Assembly: GCF_006345805.1 (NCBI RefSeq)
Contig: NC_043003.1
Span: 7,254,001-7,318,000, forward strand
DNA: 64,000 bases
Source of the DNA: Octopus sinensis
Taxonomy: Eukaryota
Direction: 5' to 3'
Shown here: in pieces, positions 13,770 through 26,040 of the stretch
Position numbering within the stretch: the stretch's first letter is position 1
Layout of the letters: each line of letters opens with the position of its first letter
The notes under the pieces: generated by a model
The model's input: only the letters and a program-made list of their open reading frames with translations
Told to the model about the DNA's origin: nothing
The model's database searches: none
Translations under genes and position numbers: made by a program

Positions 13770-14652
13770 GTAGCTGAAGGTGACCCGCTCTACGCGCGGG
13801 TAAGAGTGTGGTTGTTACTTTCTGTTGCTTCCTTTCAGCACGTAAAAAGCACCATCCGAACGTGGCCGATTGCAGCGCCGCCTTGACTTGCTTCTGTGCC
13901 GGTGGCACGTAAAAAGCACCAACCGATCGTTGCCGCAGCGAGCCCCCCTGGCACCTGTGCCGGCGGCACGAAAAAAGCACCCACTACACTCACAGAGTGG
14001 TTGGCGTTAGGAAGGTCATCCACCTGTAGAAACACTGCCAGATCAGACTGGAGCCTGGTGCAGCCTCCTGGCTTCCCAGACCCCGGTCACACTGTCTAAC
14101 CCGTGCTAGCACGGAAAACGGACGTTAAACGATGATGATGATGATGATTCTCCGTCCTTGTTTCTCTCTCCTTTCTCCCTCACTTTCCCACCCTCTTACT
14201 TTTCTTTTCTCTCGGACTCTCCCTCGCTTTCTCTTACTCTCTATCTTTATCTATCTCTCTCCCATTTATAAACAACAGAAGATCTTGAGTAAGTTGAGAA
14301 ATAAAATATTTAGAAAGATCAATCATAAATATCAGGCAGTGGCAACGGAAAGGTCTGCCTCAAGGCAGACAGCAAACCGCTAACATTTAAAAGGGACAGA
14401 CGAACTTGCGAGCTGAATAAAAATAATAAAATATTGGAAACCAAAGTTTGAAGGGATAGAATCTGAGGATAGTAGAGTCACCATGGCTGGCATTTCTTAA
14501 CGACGGACAGCAACGTATTGACAGTTTAACGGCTGGCGTAAAATTTTGAACTTGATGTAAAAGAAAATTCGTAAACACCAAGTAACGAAAGGGTTCATAG
14601 GTGTGCATATTTTCAGCTGAACCGACCGACCACATAATGCATACATTATATT

Positions 14653-14723
<71 letters not shown>

Positions 14724-15446
14724 ACGCATTATATATACAAATTATATATATATGTATAAATTAAATTAGAGATAAAACCACTAATAGGCAAAAAAACAAA
14801 AACAAAAACATAAAAATAAAAATATAATATAGAAAATATATAAAATTGAAAAATTTGAATTATTTAAATTTAAAATAAAAATTATTGAATTATATTTATA
14901 ATTTGTTTAAAAATATATATAACTATCAAAAAGTATTAAAAAGTTTAATATACATAAATACAGATATATACACTTTGTATATATACATTATATATACATA
15001 TTTATATATCGAACACACACACACACACACACATATAAATGAACGCAATGAATATCTGATTCATAATATTTGTTCTTATGATTGTGTGTTGTTAGTAGCG
15101 ATGATAATTCTCCCTATGAATGCAGACAAATACATCAAAGAAAGCCGTCTGACGAACTTATAAAGGGAAAGTGAAAGGGAGTTGAGGGGAATACATTAAA
15201 TAACGGTAGTGGACATTCTCAAAGTTATAAATGAAAGGGAGTAAGAGAGGGAAAGGAGGAAATAGCGTGAGTGAGGAAGATGGCCCCTAGCAACCACACC
15301 TTTCAAGATAGGGATTTCTAAGGTAGCCCACGAGCTTCGTCACCTCATTCTACATGTCCCTGTAAATTTTGGAGCGAATCGGACGGGATGTAGTGGCACT
15401 GAAAGCGATTCAAGCGGTAAAAACGCATTTCAGTTTTATATATAGA
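13770..15446 (-). mobile_element. Non-autonomous Helitron, same family as 15447-19235
   Basis: Shares the 5' ~250 bp (TCTATATATAAAACTGAAATGCG...) and the 3' ACCCGC..GCGGGT hairpin. The terminal CTAG is degenerate. Confidence 0.75.
13811..14148 (+). mobile_element. LINE/SINE 3' end with internal GGCACGTAAAAAGCACC repeats and (GAT)n tail, nested in a Helitron
   Basis: Three internal repeat units, ending ...GGACGTTAAACGATGATGATG. Confidence 0.7.
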
Positions 15447-18400
15447 CTAGCTGAAGGTGACCCGCTCTACGCGCGGATAAGAGCGTGGTATATATATATA
15501 AATGTATACAAATTATATATATATATAATATATATATATATATAATATATATATATATAATATATATATATATAATATATATATATATAAATACAGATAT
15601 ATGCACTTTGTATATATAAAAATTATTATATATACATATTTATATATAGATACACACACATATATAAATTAACCCAATAAATATCTGATTCATAATATTT
15701 GTTGTCATGATTGAGTGGTGGTTGTGGCGATGATAATTCTCTCTATGAATGCAGACAGACGTAGAGAGTGAGAGTGTGTGAAAGCGCTGTGGAAGGCAGG
15801 GAGGGTGGATAACGGACGCTGTGAAACGACGTTATAAAGAGAAAGTGAATGTAAGGGAGGTAGACGCTGTGAAACGACGTTATAGATAGAAAGTGAAAGG
15901 AAGGGAGAAAAGTGAGTGAGTGATGGAGGAAGACAGATACATAAAAGAATGAGAGTGCTGGATGTTTTGTTTGTTGGACCAATGTATTAAGGTAGTATTG
16001 TTTTATTGTTTTAAAACGAAAGAGGCAATGTGTTTGTTTCAAAAATAAAAAAATCCGTAATAGTGAATGAAGTTAGAATTCACACCCAGCTCAGTTTTGT
16101 AGAAAGAGTATCACGACGTGAACTCATGAGTTGGGAGTTTGACTGAGAGAGTTTATATCGTGACACATGCCAGTCCTTTCGACACCACCTAAACAATGGA
16201 ATAGTGTATAAAATGTAATCAACAACTCATTCACTTTATGAATGTCTTATGTTAGCGAAGAAACAATAACTTGACAAAACCGTTTAATGGAGACGTAGAA
16301 GGAATCGGAAAATGAGGAATAAAGAGAATGAGTTGGATCAAATGTTTGCAAACATCTGAACTCAATGTTCTTTATGAACCATGTTCTTTTTAATGTCTTT
16401 ATTTTCAAGAATGAAGAGATAATGAAGAGGTGCAAAATAAAAAATCAAGCAAAATTTCATGACTTACAATCAGTTTTCTTTTGTCAGAGCCTCCTGATAA
16501 ACCACGTTCTTTGTGCGCTCATGATTGCCAAGAATGAAGAGTTTATGTGGATTTCCAACTCGAGAACAGGCTACGTACAATTGACCATGACTGAAAACCG
16601 GTTTGTGACAGGTTAATGCCTACAATGTCCAGTGATTGTCCCTGTGATTTGTTGATTGTCATCGCGAAGCATAGTTTTTATCGGAAATTGAAAGCGTTTA
16701 AACTGAATGGGAACATCAGAGGGTGAAATACTCATTTTTATGTATCATCTTGATTGTTCCTACAAATGGTCCACTCAAAATTTCAGCAGTTATAACATGG
16801 CTTTGAATCCTCCTTATAACCATTCGGGTTCCATTGCATATTTTCAGCGTTTCCATATTTCTGAGCACCATGATTGGAGTACCAACTTTCAAACACAAAT
16901 GATGAGGTGGAAGTCCCGGAGGTGTTAGCTTGTTGAGTAGCTCGGGTGGATATTTGACTGCATCATTCTCATCTTTATTTGTATCGATGGACATGAAAGA
17001 AACTATCTCACCAGGAATCATATCAAGTACTTGTTTATTTGTAGCATCAGCTGTTGTATTATGAGGCGATAGAATAGCTCTTGCTCTTAGCCAATCGAGA
17101 TCCTGGAAGTTGGTTTCGACGTCAGGTAAAACGGCTCTTATAAGTTCCTCTACATTTGGAACGAAATTCCCAAAAGGCAACCGAATATGCTCATCATCAA
17201 CGAAAGGCAAAACTCCATCACCAAGATCTAATAGGTGTTCTGCGAAAGCCTCAGACTCCACATCACCATGTAGGTGGACTCTCATGTTTGTTTGAAGATG
17301 GCGACTGATAACACTGTGCCACACATAAGAATGCTTTATACATGCATTAACCTCATCGGCTCTAGTGCCTGCTCTGACAACAGGAAGAGTTTGTCGAAAA
17401 TCTTCTGCCATGAGAAACGTAGCTCCACCCATTATTTTTTTATTGTGACACAAATCTTGGAGAGTTCTGTCAAGAGCCTCAAACATGGCCTTATTACTCA
17501 TTGTAGCCTCATCCCAAATAAAAAGACTGCATTCATGAAGAAGTCTTGCTCTTGAGGAACTACGATCTATATTACATATAGGATTATCTTTCTTTCCAAT
17601 GTCCATGGGCAATTTGAATGCACTTGAAGCAGTGTCGCTGCAATACCACTTGAGGCACATGCAATGGCAATTCGACGTTCAGCGCGCAGCTTTGCGAGAA
17701 TCAAATTGATAACAAAAGTTTTACCAGTACCACCTGGAGCATTCAAAAAGAAAAGCTTTCCTTGGTTCAATCTAACGCTGTCAATAATTTCATTATAAAT
17801 CTCTCTTTGTTCAGGCAAAAGTCTTGGTTCATCTCGTGTAATTGTTTCCGTCAATTCGGCAATGTTGTAGTTTTTTTGTGACATGTATTCAACATCCAAA
17901 GGCGCTTCATGATGGACAGGTGTTGGCAGATGGAATTCACTTAAACCGCGTATAACATAGCGTCTGATGTGTCTGTCCATGTCGATTAATGCCTCATTAT
18001 AAACATCGTCGTTGCCATCACGTAGCGCTAAATTAGCCTGTATGTCCTTTGATAGGCTCTGTCTGAACGATACCCAAAGGTTAAGAGGGTTGCTGGATTA
18101 CAGTGGATTAATGCTACAAAACAATCGACGCATTTGCCATGGCAGTTTACAATTTGAGGCCTCTGCTAATGTCCTGTGTAAGTGGTCGTCATTGAGAAGA
18201 AGTCCGCGCCTCAAACATGCTTCCCTGTAAGTGGCGCAGATGATACCATCAACCGTGCGAAGATCAGCAAAAGACTTCGGTCCAGTAACTACATGAAGTA
18301 GCATTCTCAAAAGAAGATTTCCTGTTTGTAGGATGAATATTATACATACACGTCCAATGACGTTCTTCTATAAACACCGGGCGCGAAAAAAGAGAGAGCT

Positions 18401-19235
18401 CGAGAAGAAAAGGTGATATATGAAAGAGAGGACGGGAAAAGAAATATTTGCAATTAAACATGATTTGTTTTAAGAGAAAGATTGCCATGATTGTGTGTTT
18501 GGTGGTGCGATGATAATTATCATTAGGAAAAAGAGTGAGTGAGTGAGGAAGACATAAGAATACATAAGTTTGTGCGATGATAATGTAGACTCCTTTTACA
18601 TTTTGATGAAGAGAACCCGATTTCATTCGGGTGTACTGGGGCCACATATAGGTGTGTGTGTGTGTGTGTGTGTGTTGTGTGTGTGTGTGTGTGTGTGGCA
18701 CGCTGTAGAAATTAAATTAGCGATAAAACCACTAATAGGGAAATGAAACAGTAAAAAACCGAAAACAAAAACATAAAAATAAAAATATAATATTAGATAT
18801 ATGTATATGTGTGTGTGTGTGTGTGTTGACAGGTAGACAATAGAATGCGATGGCGATGGCGATGTAATATGTGTTTCTGTCTATGAACGCAGATAGATAC
18901 ATGAGTAAAATGTATGGGAAGCTAAGAATTAAGAGTGAGTGAAAATGTTCTTGGAAGAGAGGAAATATCGAGAGAGTGATGTGAGGAAGACTTTACATTA
19001 AATAACCGTAGTGGACTTGTGAAATGAAGAGGAGTGAGAGGGTACTGGAGGAAATAGGGTGAGTGAGGAAGATGGCCCCTAGCAACCACACCTTTTAAGA
19101 TAGGGATTTCTAAGGTAGCCCACGAGCATCGTCACCTCATTCTACATTTCCCTGTAAATTTTGGAGCGAATCGGACGGGACTAGTGGCATTGAAAGCGAT
19201 CCAAGCGGTAAAAACGCATTCAGTTTATATATAGA
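15447..19235 (-). mobile_element. Helitron, defective, carrying a helicase fragment
   Basis: 5' TC end (TCTATATATAAACTG at 19235). 3' hairpin plus CTAG at 15450-15447. Internal RepHel fragments. Confidence 0.88.
16716..18340 (-). pseudogene. Helitron RepHel Pif1-family (SF1B) helicase fragment, frameshifted and truncated
   Basis: Motifs LRMLLHVVTGPKSFADLRTV, APGGTGKT (Walker A), ASSGIAATLL, IWDEATM, EDFRQTLPV, PPGLPPHHLCLKVGTPIMVLRN, NGTR spread over three frames. GGRTAH is deleted, and the last helicase motifs and the HUH Rep domain are absent. Confidence 0.95.
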
Positions 19236-19241
19236 GATAGA

Positions 19242-19397
19242 CTAACTGAAGGTGACCCGCTCTACGCGTGGGTAAGAGCGTGGTATATATATATAAATGG
19301 ATACAAATTCATATATAATATATAATATATATATATATATATAATGCATTGAAAGCGATCCAAGCGGTAAAAAACGCATTTCAGTTTTATATATAGA
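19242..19397 (-). mobile_element. 156-bp mini-Helitron (termini only)
   Basis: 3' end ctaactgaaggtgacccgctctacgcgtgggt joined through TA-rich filler to the 5' end gcggtaaaaaacgcatttcagttttatatataga. Confidence 0.75.
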
Positions 19398-19415
19398 GAA
19401 TATATATATACACAT

Positions 19416-19446
<31 letters not shown>

Positions 19447-20988
19447 GAGAGAGAGAGGGGTGAGAGAGAGAGAGAGTGAGGCGTAGAAACATACATTCAA
19501 ACACGTTTGCCCTAGTTACGCTATATTTTCATTGATAATATACTCTGTTTGTGTTATTGCTTTGCTTGGTACAATAATGTCCAAAGTTTCGTTGCACTTT
19601 TCATAGTTATCTTGTTAATCAGCCGTATTTTTAACTGTTTGAAGCACTGGATATGAATTTTAACAAATAGTAATTTACTTATTGTTATGCTGATGATTGG
19701 GATATATAAATTAATAGGAAATTTTGAGGACGGTTTTAATTTTGATCAATTTAACATTTTTTTTTAATACACTGCTTTTTGTTTCAAATAATTTTAATGA
19801 AATAACTTAGTCATTATTAAGCTGATGTTTGGCATATTTAGTGTTTTAAATTTTGGCACAATGCCAGCAATTTCGGAAAAGGGGTAAGTCGGTTTCATCG
19901 ACCCCATTAATCAATTGGTACTTATTTTATCGACCCCAAACGGACGAGAGGCAAAAGTCGGCGGCGTTTAAACTCAAAACGTAAAGAGCTGGGAGAAATG
20001 TTAAGCATTTTGGCCGACGTGCTAACGATTCTGCCAGCTCGCTTTTTTATTTGACGCTTATATTAACATGAAAATTTGACGGAGGATTTTTATTTCGATC
20101 AAATTTACCCTTCGACATTGTCGTTCTAAGTATGTATCCTTAAAGTAATCTTGCAAGGGATATGTTTCTGGTGGGAGTAAGTCACTTAGGGTTTCAACAG
20201 TCTCTTCGGCATCTCAAATAGGAACAAAAGTCAAAACAGCTGTCATTGAAAAGAGGATAAAGAGATTGAAAACTCTTTATCCTCTTGGTATCGCGGTTGG
20301 AATCCGTGAAATTGAGTATTCCTGTCGATGTTTTGGCTAAAGTAAAACAAAAAAAAAAAAAAAACGTTTATCTTGGCTCTTTTACTCTTTTACTTGTTTC
20401 AGTCATTTGACTGCGGCCATGCTGGAGTACCGCATTTAGTCGAGCAAATCGACCCCAGGACTTATTCTTTGTAAGCCTAGTACTTATTCTATCGGTCTCT
20501 TTGGCCGAACCGCTAAGTTACGGAGACGTACACACACCAGCAGCGGTTGTCAAGCGATGTTGGGGGGGGGGTGACAAACACAGACATACTAGCACACATA
20601 TACATATATATATATCACGTGATCACGTGACCGACCAGACCATCAGATGTTGCTACACATCGCTGGTCACAATGCGTTCGCATTGTTTTAGCCTTGGAAT
20701 GACGCCACCCCGCTGGCTAAGCGAGCAGGCCAACAGAAGAAAGAGTGGGAGAAAGAGTGGTGAAAGAGTACAGCAGGGATCACCACCCCCCGCCGGAGCC
20801 TCGTGGAGCTTTTATGTGTTTTCGCTCAATAAACACTCACAACGCCCGGTCTAGGAATCGAAACCGCGAGTCCGCTGCCCTAACCACTAGGCCATTGCGC
20901 CTATATATATATATACACACATATATATATATATATACATATATATATTTACAACTTTCTCTCACTCTTTCTGGATAAACAGACAGGC

Positions 20989-21033
<45 letters not shown>

Positions 21034-21034
21034 T

Positions 21035-21067
<33 letters not shown>

Positions 21068-21190
21068 GATAAATAGATAGATAGATAGATAGGTAGATAG
21101 ATAGATAGATAGATATAATAATAATGATAACAATAATAATAATAATAACAATAATAATAATATGATAATAATAATAACGATAATAATAAA

Positions 21191-21745
21191 TGCCTTGATG
21201 CAGTACCAGGCAGAGGCTCTCATGGCTTCTGATCTAAACTGATTGGAAGTGTTATCATGTACATTGTTTTGTCTTGGTATAAAAGATGGGCTACAGCAAA
21301 TATTCTGCTCAATACCACAGATTTGCTTGTCAGTTGTTTGACCTTAACCAGTTGAGCATGTCCCATAGTGGCTGACGATATGTGCATCTCTGATCACGAG
21401 CAGAAGTAGTGGGGGAGCATCATAGCCATGTGTTGAGAGGGATTCTTTGGGATTTGAATAGTTCACCTCTGGAAACATGGGTGGTTCTTTCAACATCCTT
21501 AAACAACCCTTATTCAGGTACCGTTTGAGCGGGATGGGCTACTCAACCTGAAGAAAATTCTAACTGGGCCCCACCTGCAAGGTCATGTGCTGTTTATCTT
21601 GATATGAGATCACCATGTCGCGCACATATGGTTGTGATGCATGTGCCTGGTGTACCTTTATCAGACGGGTAGTCATGATGGGTATATTGGGCTTCGTATA
21701 CTTTACCCCAGTGTCACTTTGATGGCATGAACTGCTCTCTCACTC
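21191..21745. mobile_element. 555-bp non-coding element embedded in (AAT)n, copy 1
   Basis: Near-identical to 22813-23367, flanked on both sides by (AAT)n. Truncated copies at 29987, 30895 and 31375. Confidence 0.85.
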
Positions 21746-21777
<32 letters not shown>

Positions 21778-21782
21778 TAATA

Positions 21783-21852
<70 letters not shown>

Positions 21853-21853
<1 letters not shown>

Positions 21854-22385
21854 CTTGCCCAGGACATTAATCGTCTGGAAACCGTTCAGCGAGGTGCAAC
21901 CGAGAAAATACCCTCCATCAGGCATTTGCCATATTCTGAACGCCTTACTTCCCTGGGCATTGAAACTCTGACGTCTGGCAGCTGACTTGGCAGACACTCA
22001 TAAAATTATTAACCATCTTACAAACAATAACTCTGAGCACCTTTTCAAACTCCACCTGTCTAACACTCGTGGACATGTTTACAAATCAGAAAACAGCACA
22101 GCTCCTTCCATGACTTTCGGAAACATTTTTTCACGCTAAGTGTTGCTGAAGCATGGAACAAACTGCCGCCGTCAGTTGCTAGTTGTCGGAGCACTGCATC
22201 CTTCAAAACTTCCATGCTTCCTGAGATTCGCCAACACTACACCTGATTTTCTCCCCTCCATACACACGCAAGCATGTATCTGACTCATACACTGTTCGCT
22301 TTCCAGACATTTGTACATTACTGCATATGCTTCATACGCACTTTTGACAAGTCGTGGTGCACCTGAGCACTGTATACAATAATTT
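21853..22385 (+). mobile_element. CR1/L2-clade LINE 3' end
   Basis: Translates DINRLETVQRGAT..LPYSERL..LG..AADL..HKII..NTRGH..FFTL..AWNKLP, followed by a 3' UTR running into (AAT)n. Confidence 0.85.
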
Positions 22386-22389
22386 CATT

Positions 22390-22652
22390 ATTATATATAA
22401 TAAAAATAATAATGATAATAATAATAATAATAATATTAATAATAATAATAATGATAATAATGATAATAATAATAATAATAATAATAATGATAATAATAAT
22501 AATAATGTTAATAATAATAATAATAATAATATAATAATAATAATAATAATAATGATAAAAATAATGATAATATTAATAATAATAATAATAATTATAATAA
22601 TAATGATAATAATAATAATAATGATGATAATAATATAATGATAATAATAATA

Positions 22653-22702
<50 letters not shown>

Positions 22703-22770
22703 TTAATAATAATGATAATTATAATAATAATAATGATGATAATAATAATAATAATATAATAATAATAATA

Positions 22771-22812
<42 letters not shown>
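22390..22812. repeat. (AAT)n microsatellite
   Basis: Direct reading. One of many; (TATC)n tracts lie at about 5570-5670, 10055-10190, 34345-34530 and 63552-63628. Confidence 0.95.
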
Positions 22813-23367
22813 TGCCCTGATGCAATACCAGGCAGTGGCTCTCATGGCTTCTGATCTTAACTGATTGGAAGTGTTATCATGTACATTGTTTTGTCTTGGT
22901 ATAAAAGATGGGCTACAGCAAATATTCTGCTCAATACCACAGATTTGCTTGTCAGTTGTTTGACCTTAACCAGTTAAGCATGTCCCTTAGTGGCTGACGA
23001 TATGTGCATCTCTGATCACGAGCAGAAGTAGTGGGGGAGCATCATAGCCATGTGTTGAGAGGGATTCTTTGGGATTTGAATAGTTCACCTCTGGAAACAT
23101 GGGTGGTTCTTTCAACATCCTTAAACAACCCTTATTCAGGGACCGTTTGAGCGGGATGGGCTACTCAAACTGAAGAAAATTCTAACTGGGCCCCACCTGC
23201 AAGGTCATGTGCTGTTTATCTTAATATGAGATCACCATGTCGCGCACATATGGTTGTGATGCATGTGCCTGGTGTACCTTTATCAGACGGGTAGTCATGA
23301 TGGGTATATTGGGCTTCGTATATTTTACCCCAGTGCCACTTTGATGGCATGCACTGCTCTCTCACTC
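22813..23367. mobile_element. 555-bp non-coding element embedded in (AAT)n, copy 2
   Basis: Same length, same ends and same orientation as 21191-21745. Confidence 0.85.
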
Positions 23368-23419
<52 letters not shown>

Positions 23420-23835
23420 GTAATAAAATCCCATAGCACTGAATTCTTTTTAGGAATCCAGACAGTCTTAATTGTGAAAGAAAACAAACTATGCTGGATC
23501 ATAGACACAGCATGCCCAGCTGACAACAAGGTATGCGATAAGGAAGAAAGAAAAGTTGAGAGATATGACAGGTTAGCTTGAGAAGTTAAGCAGTTGTGGT
23601 CGCTGAAAAAGGTAGCAGTAGTACCAATAATTGCCGGAGCCCTGGGAACCGTGAGCAAATATATCGAGAAGTACGTGGAACAAATAGGGGCTGCAATAAG
23701 GGTGGAGAACTTGCAGAAAACAGCACTGCTTGGAACCGATCGAATACTCCGCATGGTGCTCGAAAAATAAGAGGTGTTACCTTAGTTTACGGGTAGTGAA
23801 CAGCTGACACTGTAGTACATCTCCAGCGTTAAAAG
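23420..23835 (+). mobile_element. R4/Dong-like LINE 3' end (restriction-like endonuclease), in (AAT)n
   Basis: Translates CWIIDTACPADNKV..KVERYDRL..VVPIIAGALGTV..LQKTALLGTDRILR, a typical RLE C-terminus. Confidence 0.85.
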
Positions 23836-23873
23836 GCAATGATAATAGAAGCAAAGGCAATGAAAATAATAAA

Positions 23874-23929
<56 letters not shown>

Positions 23930-23930
<1 letters not shown>

Positions 23931-24700
23931 CTTTTCTAATAAAGGCACAATACAGAAGGGACAAACAAGGACAGACAAAGGGATTAAGTCGATTACATCG
24001 ACCCCAGTGCGTAACTGGTACTTAATTTATCGACCTCGAAAGGATGAAAGGTAAAGTCGACCTCGGCGGAAGTTGAACTCAGAATGTAGCGGCAGACGAA
24101 ATACCTATTTCTTTACTACCCACAAGGGGCTAAACACAGAGAGGACAAACAAGGACAGACAAAGGGATTAAGTCGATTACATCGACCCCAGTGCGTAACT
24201 GGTACTTAATTTATCGACCTCGAAAGGATGAAAGGTAAAGTCGACCTCGGCGGAAGTTGAACTCAGAATGTAGCGGCAGACGAAATACCTATTTCTTTAT
24301 TACCCACAAGGGGCAAAACACAGAGAGGACAAACAAGGACAGACAAAGGGATTAAGTCGATTACATCGACCCCAGTGCGTAACTGGTACTTAATTTATCG
24401 ACCTCGAAAGGATGAAAGGTAAAGTCGACCTCGGCGGAAGTTGAACTCAGAATGTAGCGGCAGACGAAATACCTATTTCTTTATTACCCACCAGGGGCTA
24501 AACACAGAGAGGACAAACAAGGACAGACAAAGGAATTAAGTCGATTACATCGACCCCAGTGCGTAACTGGTACTTAATTTATCGACCCCGAAAGGATGAA
24601 AGGTAAAGTCGACCTCGGCGGAAGTTGAACTCAGAATGTAGCGGCAGACGAAATACTGCTAAGCATTTCACCCGGTGTGCTAACGTTTCTGCCAGTTTCC
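23930..24700 (-). repeat. Tandem tetramer of SINE-A, 184-bp period
   Basis: Junction GAAATACC|TATTTC at 24105, 24289 and 24473. All units share variants such as GGAAGTTGAAC and AATGTAGC. Confidence 0.95.
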
Positions 24701-25719
24701 CTGCCTTAGTATTAGATAGAATATTGCTACTATATGAAGAATTCTTTGCAAAAAAACTTTTTAACACACACACACACATTACTATTAAGCAGAAGCATTT
24801 AAATGACATAAGGTCCGAGAGTTTCGTACCTGATATATATATATAGGCTCGAAACTTTTGGCCATGATTGTATATCTATCGAAACGTTTTACTGAATGCT
24901 TGTAGTATGGTGAAGAGGAAATTCCTCGGAGGAACGTTTATGATGCTAAGTACAAGTATGAATGGTTTTATATAGGCGTGGCTGTGTGCTAAGAAGCTTT
25001 CTTCTCAGCTACATGGTCCCGGGTTCAGTCCCACTGCCTGGCAATCTGGGCAAGTGTCTTCTACTATAGCCTTAGTCCGACCAAAGCCTCGTGAGTGGAT
25101 TTGGTAGACGGAAACTGAAAGAAATCTGTCGTATATACATATATATATATATATAAATAGATGAGTGTATTTTACCTTGTTAACAATTAACACGGAAAAA
25201 AAAATAGTTACCAGGGCAGCAAAAATTTCACAAGTAAAGGTGTTGTAACTCCTTGTTTATAAAGCTAGAAACTTCGTGTTTACGTTGAATATTTTGAATA
25301 ATGTGAATAAAAAAATGGAGTTAACGCAGGTAAAAATATTTGATTACACCTGCGTTAACTCCATTTTTTAAAATTCATATATATATATATATATCTTGTG
25401 TGCCTGTGTTTGTCCCCCCACTATCATTTGACAACCGATGCTGGTGTATTTAGATTCCTGTAACTTAGCGGTTCGGCAAAAAATACCGATAGAATAAGCG
25501 CTAGGCTTACAAAAATTAAGTCCTTTGGTCGATTTCTTCGACTAAAACCCTTTAAGGTCGCAGTCAAATGACTGAAACAAGTAAAAGAATAAAAGAATGA
25601 AAGAATAAAAGAATATATTGTAATACAGGGAACCTAAAAACCTAATTTGCTGAGTAGACAAAGGAAAAAATACTACCGCTCTCTACTTGAATGACCACAA
25701 CACCATAATATATATATAT

Positions 25720-25777
<58 letters not shown>

Positions 25778-25781
<4 letters not shown>

Positions 25782-25990
25782 ATCCAAACAAGAAAGCACA
25801 AAAAAAAAAAACACAACAACGCGAGGACGTGGAACAAATATAGTATTATTGGACGCTCAGGAAAGAAGGAAAGAAGGCGGGTTTAACGTTTCGAGCGGAG
25901 CTCTTCGTCGGAAACATAGGAGAAGGAAAGATCCAGAGAAGGGAAGACAGAGGAAAACAAAATCGTCAACGGTACACACGAGGTCACATT

Positions 25991-25995
<5 letters not shown>
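25778..25995 (-). mobile_element. Penelope-like pLTR fragment in (TA)n with hammerhead-like motif (25881-25915)
   Basis: GTTT-CCGACGA-A-GAG(CTCCG)CTC-GAAACGTT-AAAC. Confidence 0.6.

Positions 25996-26040
<45 letters not shown>

Noticed and set aside
25310-25369. 22-bp hairpin as a terminator or miRNA
   Set aside because: An isolated short inverted repeat in repeat-rich DNA; nothing supports a function.
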